This document shows positions 1 to 8,810 of a DNA stretch of 64,000 nt, one piece after another. The translations under genes and the position numbers were made by a program. The stretch spans positions 4,058 to 68,057 of the forward strand of contig CAZFLN010000006.1 of NCBI GenBank assembly GCA_964519905.1, in the 5' to 3' direction. Position 1 is the first letter of the stretch. Each line of letters opens with the position of its first letter. Origin of the DNA: an uncultured Pseudomonadales bacterium. Its GTDB lineage: Bacteria > Patescibacteriota > Microgenomatia > UBA1400 > UBA1396. The notes beneath the pieces are model-generated. The model was given only the letters and a program-made list of their open reading frames with translations, made no database searches and was not told the DNA's origin.

Positions 1-242
1 AGCAAATGGTTGGGGAATGTGATGTGTGTGCTCACTGTGAAATTTTGCCTAAAGAGCAGTATGATTCTTGGCAAACTCACAACAATTCTGACGTACAAGA
101 GTGGCTCAAGAGTGATTTTTCAGATGTTTCTCAAGCGATTGACTCTGGTGAACACTTTTGGAAAGTGCCAGTATCGGTAATGGTGACTGCTTTTACACCT
201 GGTGGTGCAAAAGCGTTGAATACGCCGTATGGAACACGTTAG
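1..242 (+). CDS. 3' part of an unknown protein, open to the window start
   Basis: ORF 6..242 is open upstream to position 1; no recognisable motif. Confidence 0.25.
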   Translation, partial: QMVGECDVCAHCEILPKEQYDSWQTHNNSDVQEWLKSDFSDVSQAIDSGEHFWKVPVSVMVTAFTPGGAKALNTPYGTR

Positions 243-619
243 TGTTTAATCTGTACTTTCCCGGCCAGTAAAATTTCTTGTAAAGTTGGTAAATGGAGAT
301 CATCAGTGCGGTGAAAATGTATTCCATCATTTCGCAAATCAAGCTTTTTATAACTGGTTCTGAATCCGTCTTCCAGTAATTTTTGAAGTAAAGCACTTGA
401 CTGGACAGGTGCCAAAAAGAGAATAAAGAAGTTTTTCCGAACGGAAATACTTGCTACGGTTTGGCCAGTTTTTTTAGATTGATAGAGAAGTTCGTTTTCT
501 GCCACGACTTCTTCCAGTAAGAATTGAGGAGAAAGGAGAAACGTTCGTACAAACTGTATAGTACTGCTTTGTTGGCGCGTGAATGACTGCAAAAATGACT
601 TAATTGGAGTGTTGGCCAT
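239..619 (-). CDS. small hypothetical protein (possible winged-helix regulator)
   Basis: ORF 239..691; the internal Met (MANTPIK) at 619 avoids overlap with the upstream membrane gene; only a weak wHTH-like pattern. Confidence 0.3.
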   Translation of the reverse strand: MANTPIKSFLQSFTRQQSSTIQFVRTFLLSPQFLLEEVVAENELLYQSKKTGQTVASISVRKNFFILFLAPVQSSALLQKLLEDGFRTSYKKLDLRNDGIHFHRTDDLHLPTLQEILLAGKVQIKH

Positions 620-1397
620 TTTGTTCCTCATTTTGCTTTGTTTTTTTTGATTCCAGCACTGCAAATCCGAGCCAAATAAGAGCTGTGGCAAAGGCCATTT
701 CAGCGGCTTCTTCCAGTGTGACCATCCAGAAATATGTTTGGTCAGAGAACTGACCGGTGGAGCTTAACACTTCTGTCAGAAGTATGAGAAAGAGCGAGCC
801 TGCACAAATCGCAATTATTTTAGATTGAGAAGCCAAGGTTTCTTGGAGTGATCGCACCCAATAGCCACCCCAAAAAACGAAAATAATAATTGCTGGTAAA
901 TAGTAGAGTAACCAGAGTGAAGAGCGGTATCCCATGGACAAAGAAGCGGTGACTATTCGGCTGGGGTGGAACCAGTCTACGTACTCAAATACTCGATAAA
1001 TATTTTCATGAATTTGAAGGAGCTCATCAAATCCGAGCGCCACACTGAATAGCCCCAACGGAAGTAAAAATCTTCGAGATTTCTGAGGGAGTTTGACAAA
1101 CAAAGCTATCAACGCGAAGTAGATGCCGGCCAAGATAAGTTTACTGGACTGTACGACAGTAGGCAGATTTTGCTCAACATCAACATTGAAGAACGCAAAG
1201 TGTGGTCCAAGTGTAAGGTGCAGTAAAACCATCAAGACATCGACACAAATAATCCAGCGGATAAGTATTTTGGTATTGATTGCAATCGGTAAGAATTTCA
1301 CACTGTAGTGTACCAAACATTTTGTGGTTTCGGTTACAATGCATCTATGAATGTACGAGGAATCCATCACATAACTGCTATCGCGAGTTATCCGCAA
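600..1397 (-). CDS. polytopic membrane protein of unknown function
   Basis: 265-aa ORF with multiple hydrophobic helices; start uncertain (alternative Met at 1367); diverges from the VOC gene. Confidence 0.5.
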   Translation of the reverse strand: MRITRDSSYVMDSSYIHRCIVTETTKCLVHYSVKFLPIAINTKILIRWIICVDVLMVLLHLTLGPHFAFFNVDVEQNLPTVVQSSKLILAGIYFALIALFVKLPQKSRRFLLPLGLFSVALGFDELLQIHENIYRVFEYVDWFHPSRIVTASLSMGYRSSLWLLYYLPAIIIFVFWGGYWVRSLQETLASQSKIIAICAGSLFLILLTEVLSSTGQFSDQTYFWMVTLEEAAEMAFATALIWLGFAVLESKKTKQNEEQNGQHSN

Positions 1398-2321
1398 CGT
1401 ACCTATGACTTCTATACCGGTGTTCTCGGTTTGCGACTAGTGAAGAAAAGTGTCAACCAAGATGATGTTGGTACGTATCATTTATTTTTTGGTGATAGGA
1501 CTGGCGAGCCAGGAATGGATTTGACATTTTTTACCTTCCAGCCAGCCATGCAGGGAGAGCGAGATGTTGGGCAAGTGACGATGATTTCGCTGGCGGTTCC
1601 TCTTTCCAGTCTTACTTTTTGGAGAGAGCGGTTTCAGCAGTTTTCGGTAGCGATGGAGTCACAACAGAATCGCTTTGGGTACGAGCGTTTTGTGTTCTTT
1701 GATCCAGATAATCAACAGCTCGAATTGGTTGGCGTTCCGGACGCTGAACTTCGATCCCTGGGAGCAGATAAAGATGTTTGGACAACTGAAGAGGTTGGTT
1801 TTGAGCAGGCAATTCGCTGTTTCTTCTCTGCTGGACTCTCTGTTGCTTCGGAAAGTTGGATTTCTCCAGTTTTGTCTTTACTGGGATATGAGTCAGTTGG
1901 TTCGAGAGATAACTCTGTTTCTTTATGGCGTTTACCAGAAGAAGAATTTGGTTCGCATCGCGCTGTTTTCTTAGAAGTGGAGACCACTTCACTCAACGAA
2001 AGTGGATACCCAGGAGCCGGGACAGTGCACCATATTGCCTTTTCAGTTCCAGACAAAGAGGCGCTCCGTGACTTCCAAGCGCGGTTGGTGCAAATTGGCT
2101 TACAGCCCACTCCAATTATTGATCGTTTTTATTTCCAGTCTGTGTACTTCCGTACTCGAGCTGGAATCTTGTTGGAGCTGGCAACCATGGGGCCAGGATT
2201 TGCTGTCGATGAGTCAGAATCCACGCTTGGTGAGAAACTTGCTTTACCTCCTTTCCTAGAATCTCAGCGCGCAGCGATTGAGGCGAGGTTGCCAGAGATT
2301 GTGATTTTTGATTCAAATTGA
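1347..2321 (+). CDS. VOC-family (glyoxalase / ring-cleaving dioxygenase) protein
   Basis: MNVRGIHHITAIAS N-terminus and HHIAF repeat typical of two-domain VOC/glyoxalase-fold enzymes; start taken at the internal Met of ORF 1308..2321. Confidence 0.7.
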   Translation: MNVRGIHHITAIASYPQRTYDFYTGVLGLRLVKKSVNQDDVGTYHLFFGDRTGEPGMDLTFFTFQPAMQGERDVGQVTMISLAVPLSSLTFWRERFQQFSVAMESQQNRFGYERFVFFDPDNQQLELVGVPDAELRSLGADKDVWTTEEVGFEQAIRCFFSAGLSVASESWISPVLSLLGYESVGSRDNSVSLWRLPEEEFGSHRAVFLEVETTSLNESGYPGAGTVHHIAFSVPDKEALRDFQARLVQIGLQPTPIIDRFYFQSVYFRTRAGILLELATMGPGFAVDESESTLGEKLALPPFLESQRAAIEARLPEIVIFDSN

Positions 2322-2371
2322 TATACTCTAGAGTAGAGTCAATAGTATTTGAAAAAAGAAACGAAGGAAAT

Positions 2372-2743
2372 ATGTCATTTTTTGAAGATTTGAGGAAAGT
2401 ACTCGAAGAAGCAGCTGCAGATGTACGTTTAAGACAAGAGAAGATTCATTCAGAAGGTGAAGATAGAGAGCTCAGATCAGCTGTGACGCTTATTATGGAG
2501 AAGGTTGTTGCACTTCGAAAGCAGAATTTGGTGGAGATAGTTGAACGAATTTCTTTACAGAATTTTCAAAAAATGCTCGTGAATGCGTTTCGTACACATA
2601 GTGCATTTAAAGATATTGTTGGGATTGAGATCGATGATCAGAACGCAATCAATGTTGAGGGGCAAGTTGTTTTGAAGTCAAAAATTTCTGGAAGAATTCT
2701 TTTTCAGTCAGAAATTAAGCGTTTTATGGCTGGGATTCGTTAA
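2372..2743 (+). CDS. hypothetical protein, paralog of 4170..4631
   Basis: AGGAAA precedes the ATG at 2372; C-terminal 50 aa (HSAFKDIVGIEI...SGRILFQSEIKRFMAGIR) aligns with the C-terminus of ORF 4170..4631. Confidence 0.5.
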   Translation: MSFFEDLRKVLEEAAADVRLRQEKIHSEGEDRELRSAVTLIMEKVVALRKQNLVEIVERISLQNFQKMLVNAFRTHSAFKDIVGIEIDDQNAINVEGQVVLKSKISGRILFQSEIKRFMAGIR

Positions 2744-2789
2744 CTGTTTCTGAGTAGATTTTTTGTCAGTCTTTGGTGATACTGTCTCT

Positions 2790-3410
2790 ATGAATCAATT
2801 TGTGTATCATTTTGAACCTGTGGTTGGTGCAAAAAAAACTGTTTTCTTGCTCCACGGGACAGGTGGCAATCAGTATGACCTTTTTCCTTTGATTGAAAAT
2901 ATTGGAACTCCAATTCAGAAAGTTGGTTTGCTCGGGAATGTTGTTGAGCATGGTATGCCGCGCTTTTTTGCTCGCTACCCAGATGGTACTTTTGATGAGG
3001 AAAGTATCAAACAAGAGACACAAAAGTTGGCTGATTTTCTTGAAAATTGGCAACTCGAACATGATCTTTTGGTCGACGACATGATTTTTATTGGCTACTC
3101 GAACGGGGCAAATATGATCGTGGCCTTGGGCCAGCGTTTTCCTCATTTGGTGAAAAAAGGAGCGTTGCTGCATGGGCTTTTACCACCAGGACCACGCTGG
3201 AAAGAGAATGATTTGCAAGGCGCAGATTTTTTTGTATCCTATGGATTGAATGATCGACTCATCCCCCCAGATAAATCAAAAGAATTGGTTGTTTCTCTGC
3301 AAGATTCCGGCGCCGATGTATTCGTTCTAGAGCTTCCAGGAGGTCATGAAGTTTTTCGGGATGAGATTCAGTCGCTGAGAGAATTTGTGAGTGCAGTTGT
3401 AGTAAAATAA
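2790..3410 (+). CDS. alpha/beta hydrolase, phospholipase/carboxylesterase family
   Basis: HGTGGN oxyanion region and GYSNGANM nucleophile elbow (GxSxG); about 207 aa. Confidence 0.7.
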   Translation: MNQFVYHFEPVVGAKKTVFLLHGTGGNQYDLFPLIENIGTPIQKVGLLGNVVEHGMPRFFARYPDGTFDEESIKQETQKLADFLENWQLEHDLLVDDMIFIGYSNGANMIVALGQRFPHLVKKGALLHGLLPPGPRWKENDLQGADFFVSYGLNDRLIPPDKSKELVVSLQDSGADVFVLELPGGHEVFRDEIQSLREFVSAVVVK

Positions 3411-3416
3411 ATACGT

Positions 3417-4085
3417 ATGAAAGTAGCAGTCGTCACAGGTGCCTCTAGCGGTTTGGGCAAAGCAGTTGTTGAGCTCTTGGCTCTCGATGGCTGGAAAGTG
3501 TTTGCATTGGCGCGGCGCGTAGAAAATCAGCAGTTCCCAGAGAATGTTGTTCCGATTGTGTGTAATATTCGAGATCTTGACTCGATTGATGCGGCTTTTG
3601 CCCAGATAGGCTCCGAAGTGGAAACGATCGATGTATTAGTGAACTGCGCGGGTCGAGGCTTGGTGAAACCCTTTTCCGAGACCACCCGAGAAGAAATTAT
3701 GGATGTGATTGGCGTAAATCTCAAAGGAAATATGTATATTGCGCAGGAAGTGTACAAGCGCATGATTTCACAGAAACAGGGTCACATTGTGAATGTTGGT
3801 TCGACTTCGAGTTTGCGGGCGCGCGATGCGGAAGTCGTATACGCCGCCAGTAAGTGGGGTTTACGTGGATTTACCGAAAGCCTTCGTCTCGAAGCGCGCC
3901 CGCACGGCATCTTCGTGACTGGAGTCTATCCTGGTGGAATGAGTTCCGATAACTTCTGGAGCGTCGTTCCTGGAAAAGACATGAGCGGATACATGCCCCC
4001 AGAATCAGTGGCTCGCCAAATTGTTGCTGTGGTGAGTGCTCCCAAAGATGTGTCTTTGGCTGAGGTGGTGATTGAGCGAGTGTAA
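3417..4085 (+). CDS. short-chain dehydrogenase/reductase (SDR)
   Basis: TGASSGLGKA Rossmann motif, NCAG, and YAASKWG (YxxxK) active site. Confidence 0.85.
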   Translation: MKVAVVTGASSGLGKAVVELLALDGWKVFALARRVENQQFPENVVPIVCNIRDLDSIDAAFAQIGSEVETIDVLVNCAGRGLVKPFSETTREEIMDVIGVNLKGNMYIAQEVYKRMISQKQGHIVNVGSTSSLRARDAEVVYAASKWGLRGFTESLRLEARPHGIFVTGVYPGGMSSDNFWSVVPGKDMSGYMPPESVARQIVAVVSAPKDVSLAEVVIERV

Positions 4086-4169
4086 GACTCTTACAGAGAG
4101 TCTAATTTGATTGTACTAGGAGGTTTGGCTGAATTTTTTGATATAATCATTCAAAATTATTGAGATACT

Positions 4170-4631
4170 ATGCGATTATTAGATTTACTTGTGACTTTCT
4201 CAGATTATCTTGCGCCAGGTTCTGGTGAGGGTCTTCGTTCATATCGTGTTCATAAGAAAGAACAACTCGATAAGTCTGTTTTGCTAGAAACCGTTAATAG
4301 TGTTTTGTTAGCTGTTAAAAACGCAGAAAAAGATTCTCATAAGCCAAAAATTCCAAACAACTTGCCTCAGGAACAACGTTTGAGAATGGAGAGACTTGTA
4401 GCAGCGCTTGCTGCTCAACAGCTTGAAGTACGTGTTACTGGCCTTTACGTACATCTTCTTAATGAGCTCAAGAAGCATTCTCAATTTTCGGATGTTGTGG
4501 GCCTAGAAATTTCAGCAACTGAAGTCGTTTTAGAACAAGGTGATAGAAAATCTCTTGAAGAAGCTCGTTCTTCTGGGAGAATTCTTCTCATATCAGAACT
4601 TCGTGATTTTTTTGGTCTTGGTACTCGATAA
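4170..4631 (+). CDS. hypothetical protein, paralog of 2372..2743
   Basis: C-terminus HSQFSDVVGLEIS...SGRILLISELRDFFGLGTR is homologous to the 2372 protein. Confidence 0.5.
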   Translation: MRLLDLLVTFSDYLAPGSGEGLRSYRVHKKEQLDKSVLLETVNSVLLAVKNAEKDSHKPKIPNNLPQEQRLRMERLVAALAAQQLEVRVTGLYVHLLNELKKHSQFSDVVGLEISATEVVLEQGDRKSLEEARSSGRILLISELRDFFGLGTR

Positions 4632-4772
4632 TGTTTTTTGTAAAAGATGTACGATATAATGCTCCCATGTTGTTCACGCAAAACACACATCATGCTGCTG
4701 TGCATTACGCCCCAAACGGGAGGTGTGTGTTTCTGATGTTGTAACAGCAATATAAAATAAGACTCGCACAAA

Positions 4773-4798
4773 CCTCCCCAATCGGGGAGGTTTTTTTT
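4773..4798 (+). terminator. intrinsic terminator hairpin plus T8
   Basis: cctcccc-aatc-ggggagg perfect 7-bp stem followed by tttttttt. Confidence 0.65.
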
Positions 4799-4814
4799 GT
4801 GCGGAAAGGAAAAA

Positions 4815-5891
4815 ATGAATAAACAACCAAGGACGCCAATCAGTGCGCCGCGCGGCATGAAGCAGCTCTACGCACTCGGTGAGAAGCGACCGATCGATCT
4901 ATCGTTAAGCGAGAATCCGTTAGGATGTTCTCCATTGGTTTCTGCTGCCTTTCGTGGTCTGCGGATACAAGAAGTGAGTGAGTACCCCTCCGCCAATGGT
5001 CAGCAACTCAAAGCAGGTTTGGCGGAAAAGTTTTCACTCGCTCCACAAAACTTTTTTATCGCCAATGGTTCCGAGACGATTATTAGCGTTTTGCCACGAG
5101 TTTTTGGAGAGCAAAAGGGAAAAGTTTTGGTGCCCGCTTTATCCTTCCCAATGTTTCGGATTTGCTCAGAACTGGCAGGCAAAACGGTTCAATCTGTAGA
5201 GATGGACGAAAATCTTGCCCTCAATCTCGAGGCATTTGCGAAGGCTGTCACTCCGGCTACGGAAATGATCTTCTTATGTAACCCGAATAATCCGACTGGT
5301 TCCGTGATTCCTCGTGAGCGTATTCTGCAGTTTCTCTCCAAGGTTCCATCATCCGTTATTGTTGTGGTAGACGAAGCAAACATTGAGTTTGGCGGCGAAA
5401 GCGTTCTTCAGGATGTTCGTAATTGGCCGAATCTGATTGTGTTACGTACTTTTTCGAAAGCATTTGGGCTGGCAGCACTGCGAGTTGGCTTTGCAGTATC
5501 CAATCCTGAGTTTATACAGAAGTTAGAGGAAGAAATCCCTCTTTTCCCTATCAGCCAAGTGAGTGAAGAACTTGCCTGTGTGGCACTTCAAGATGACGCA
5601 TTTTTGGAAGAAACGAAACGGTTTGTAGCTGTCCAGAGACAGTTTCTAGTTACTGGATTATCTGATCTTGGTTGCAAAGTGTTTCCGAGTGAGGCGAATA
5701 ACCTGTTCGTGCAGATTCCTGAAAAGTTTGACTCTACCCTCTTCACACAGCGACTTCAAGAACAAGGAGTCTCTGTGGTACTGGGTTCGTGCTTTGCTGG
5801 TTGGGATAATTCTGCCTTCAGAATCAGCGTGCGGGATCTTGACACCAACCAACAGTTTCTGGAGAAAATGCGTGTGGTTTTGAGGGAGTGA
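4815..5891 (+). CDS. hisC: histidinol-phosphate aminotransferase (class II aminotransferase)
   Basis: LSENP, NPNNPTG and RTFSKAFGLAALRVGFAV (PLP-lysine region) motifs; AGGAAAAAATG start. Confidence 0.8.
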   Translation: MNKQPRTPISAPRGMKQLYALGEKRPIDLSLSENPLGCSPLVSAAFRGLRIQEVSEYPSANGQQLKAGLAEKFSLAPQNFFIANGSETIISVLPRVFGEQKGKVLVPALSFPMFRICSELAGKTVQSVEMDENLALNLEAFAKAVTPATEMIFLCNPNNPTGSVIPRERILQFLSKVPSSVIVVVDEANIEFGGESVLQDVRNWPNLIVLRTFSKAFGLAALRVGFAVSNPEFIQKLEEEIPLFPISQVSEELACVALQDDAFLEETKRFVAVQRQFLVTGLSDLGCKVFPSEANNLFVQIPEKFDSTLFTQRLQEQGVSVVLGSCFAGWDNSAFRISVRDLDTNQQFLEKMRVVLRE

Positions 5892-5913
5892 TGTCTGCTG
5901 ATATAATTTATAC

Positions 5914-6393
5914 ATGCACGAAAAAAAACTGAATCTTTACCGCTTTAGTCCCATAGAAAGTGAAGATCAGTTTTTTGAAGCTCTCGAATACATTGTTTCA
6001 GCAGCAGATCAGTTGGCACAAGAAGTTCTTGGAGAATCACTCCCCATCAATACTGTGAAAGTTTTTGCTCATTATTACGATGAGTATAAGTATCTGCTTG
6101 ATCTCGTTTCCAGAATGGGAAATCGTTCGCAGCTGAGCTCAGAGACGAGTTACTATGTTGAGATTGACAAGGAGATTTCAAGACAGGCGATTCAATATCT
6201 TGGAGTGAGGATTGTTGATCCATATCGATTACATGTTGGTTGTGCAGATTATGAGATTCAGAATTACCACGATTTGAAAGATGCTTTTTTGAAAAAAGGC
6301 TCATATGTTCGAAGTATAGAAAATGGAGAGATGCTTGAGCTTTGGCATCCAGACACTGACGTGCTTGGCTATGTTGTTCCACCTTTTGTTTGA
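5914..6393 (+). CDS. hypothetical protein
   Basis: 159-aa ORF; no motif recognised. Confidence 0.4.
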   Translation: MHEKKLNLYRFSPIESEDQFFEALEYIVSAADQLAQEVLGESLPINTVKVFAHYYDEYKYLLDLVSRMGNRSQLSSETSYYVEIDKEISRQAIQYLGVRIVDPYRLHVGCADYEIQNYHDLKDAFLKKGSYVRSIENGEMLELWHPDTDVLGYVVPPFV

Positions 6394-6426
6394 GAGAGAA
6401 TGTTAGGTGATTTGGTGAGGGCACTT

Positions 6427-6700
6427 ACCCAAAGAGTATTTCTCAGGTTTGCTTCACTCCGTTTGCAAACTTATAGTGCACGAACTCTCGGATTTGCATC
6501 AAACCATAGGGTTTCAACCACAAAAAAGGCCGCTTATGCGACCTTTTTTATTGCTGTGAACCACCATTGGGCTGGTTCAAACTTTTTCTCTGATGTTTTC
6601 CAGGCGTTGGAAGACTTCCAAGCCTTCATGCTGAGCCTTGGGGAGGCGTACTCGACCGCTCCGGCTCTAGCTTACTAACTACCCAAACCATAACCCACAC
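6427..6700. repeat. copy 1 of an approximately 270-bp conserved non-coding segment (hairpin plus terminator-like stem with T-run)
   Basis: about 85% identical over the first 100 bp to 13893-13990, with weaker homology continuing to about 6700; internal hairpin aggtttgc...gcaaactt; terminator-like aaaaaaggccgcttatgcgacctttttt at 6522-6549. Confidence 0.6.
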
Positions 6701-6756
6701 CACCTCTGTGAGAAATACCCTTAAAGAGGCGACATGCAATAGTAGGCTAACTCGAT

Positions 6757-8688
6757 CTACTGACTGACTGTAGGTTCTACAATTGCGTCTGTTTGGGTAG
6801 GTGGAGAAATTTCTCCAATTATCTCAGCCACAACTTTCATCAGTTTATCCATGTTCTTCTTGGTATTATTATCAAGTTCGTTTAGAGTTATCTTCTCATC
6901 TTCGACTGCATTAAAGAAACGAACAGCTAGTAATCCTTTAGATTCCTTCTTTTTAGGTTGTTTCATATATACAGAGTTTTCTTTAGAAATATCTTTCGGA
7001 TCAACTTCTGCTATCAATTTAGCGAAGTTATCCTTGCTAAATACATCTTCAATGCCTTTGCAACCAGGAATTACTCTGAAAATTTTGTCGAGCCGATCTT
7101 TTAGGTTGTTCCCAGGGTAAACCTCTTTTCTGACCTTTTCTATTGATTTTTTACCGCTATCTTCATCGTCAACAAGAATTCCATAAGTAATGCCCCAACC
7201 AAAAAGTAACCGCGCAAGCTGAGGAACAGTGGTTGTTCCATTTGCTGGTAGCAAGTGGACATTCTTGATACCCTTCAGCTTGAAAAATGCTTGTAAATAA
7301 TAACAAACGCTTACTTCTTCAACAATGATGTTGTTCGTTCTGTCTATAACGTTTTGATTGGCAAAACTACTGCCCATACAGTCAAATATAGGTGTTAGAG
7401 TGTCTGAAGATAGCGCTCCTAATTCGTGTGCACTGAATACCATTGTGTTGGCCAACTCAGACAGACTATATTCGTCAGCCGAAATCTCTCTCTGAGCTGC
7501 AATGATTCGATACAACTTTGTCAAATCAAGTAAGTGGTGAGTATGGGTGGTGTAAATTACCTGAACGTTTTTCTTCAAGGTTTCAAAAACTCTAAGCACG
7601 TCCTCTTGGGCTTTGGCATGAAGACTACCCGCAGGTTCATCAATGAGTAAAATTAAATCTCTCTTTTCTTCGCTTCTAACAGAATTCGCTTTAAGTTGCA
7701 AATAGAAGGACAAGAACCATTGCAGTCCTTTACTTCTTTGTTCTGGAGAAAATTGCGTCCCATTTTCAACTACCCAAAAGCTGAGGTATGACTCGCCAAT
7801 ACGCTCGGTTTCTTCTTTACCGTGTCGGTGAAAAGTTACTTGAATCTCAATTTCGTCACGTTTGCCAATCTTCTGTGACCAAAACTGTCGAAAATCAGCT
7901 GTAAATGTTGTGTTTTTTCTTGTTAACTGATTATTTCGCTGCCTGTCGCCTAATTGTTCTAATTGGTCGACACTAATTCCCATAATTTCAAGTAAGTTAA
8001 GTACCCCATGCAATCCTTTTGCTTTTGGTTTTTTATTTGTGATGTCGGCAACATCCATTTTGTCTGGCAACAGACTTTCAAAATCAATAAATTTTTGAAA
8101 TTCCGGCAATGATGCAATCACTCTATCCATAAAACCCTTTGCATCAAGCGGCGATACTTGTGGTTCGGGCGAAGGCGCAGGGGTTGTCTCTGGCACGAGG
8201 CTGGGAGTGGATGCTTCTACTGTTTCACCATTGGCAGTTGGTTCAGGAGATTTCGGTAATTCTGGTGGTGCTGGCGGAGCAAATAGAGTATCTATGTCTA
8301 AAAAATTGATGGAAACATTGTTTTTTGTTGGTGCTGTCCAGGTTCTTGTAAGAGATATTTTGTTGTCTGCTTCTTTTATCTTTGCTTTTAATCCACGAGG
8401 TAATTCTCCATCTTCAAAATTTTCGTCAAACCAAGCTTTCTGTACTCTAAATACACAGGTAATCTCTGGGTAGCTGTCATCCCTAAGCGCATCCGGATTA
8501 AGTTTGCCAGTGGAAAAGATTTCTAACGCCTCAAGGATTGATGTTTTCCCTGATTCATTTTGTCCTATGATCGCAGTGATATTATCTATTGGGAAATTAA
8601 AAAACCCAGTATCCTGGATTGACTTAAAGTTCGTTATCTTACAGGAGATGAGCTGCATTCTCATATACCACCCCATTTCTTTTGTCAT
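6757..8688 (-). CDS. OLD-family ATP-dependent nuclease (AAA/ABC ATPase N-terminus plus Toprim C-terminus)
   Basis: Walker A GQNESGKTSILEAL; LLIDEPAGSLH Walker B/D-loop region; C-terminal IIVEEVS and GILVDDEDSGKK (Toprim E and DxD); start ambiguous (Met at 8688/8676/8664/8658). Confidence 0.75.
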   Translation of the reverse strand: MTKEMGWYMRMQLISCKITNFKSIQDTGFFNFPIDNITAIIGQNESGKTSILEALEIFSTGKLNPDALRDDSYPEITCVFRVQKAWFDENFEDGELPRGLKAKIKEADNKISLTRTWTAPTKNNVSINFLDIDTLFAPPAPPELPKSPEPTANGETVEASTPSLVPETTPAPSPEPQVSPLDAKGFMDRVIASLPEFQKFIDFESLLPDKMDVADITNKKPKAKGLHGVLNLLEIMGISVDQLEQLGDRQRNNQLTRKNTTFTADFRQFWSQKIGKRDEIEIQVTFHRHGKEETERIGESYLSFWVVENGTQFSPEQRSKGLQWFLSFYLQLKANSVRSEEKRDLILLIDEPAGSLHAKAQEDVLRVFETLKKNVQVIYTTHTHHLLDLTKLYRIIAAQREISADEYSLSELANTMVFSAHELGALSSDTLTPIFDCMGSSFANQNVIDRTNNIIVEEVSVCYYLQAFFKLKGIKNVHLLPANGTTTVPQLARLLFGWGITYGILVDDEDSGKKSIEKVRKEVYPGNNLKDRLDKIFRVIPGCKGIEDVFSKDNFAKLIAEVDPKDISKENSVYMKQPKKKESKGLLAVRFFNAVEDEKITLNELDNNTKKNMDKLMKVVAEIIGEISPPTQTDAIVEPTVSQ

Positions 8689-8810
8689 TTACTAATCTGG
8701 GCAGGTCACCATGAGAGATGTACCAATGAGTATAGCATTTTCGGCAGATATACCAATGACTCAAATTAGATCAAGTCAGCCGTTTTTGAAGCATTCCAAG
8801 AGGTCAAAAA

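Noticed and set aside
6400-6678. 92-aa ORF covering copy 1 of the conserved 270-bp segment
   Set aside because: The homologous copy at 13893-14145 does not preserve the frame; conservation is at the nucleotide and hairpin level, so it is non-coding.
6427-6700. Possibility that the conserved segment is tmRNA, SRP RNA or 6S RNA
   Set aside because: Length and motifs do not fit: no tRNA-like 3' end or tag reading frame, no SRP domain IV motif.
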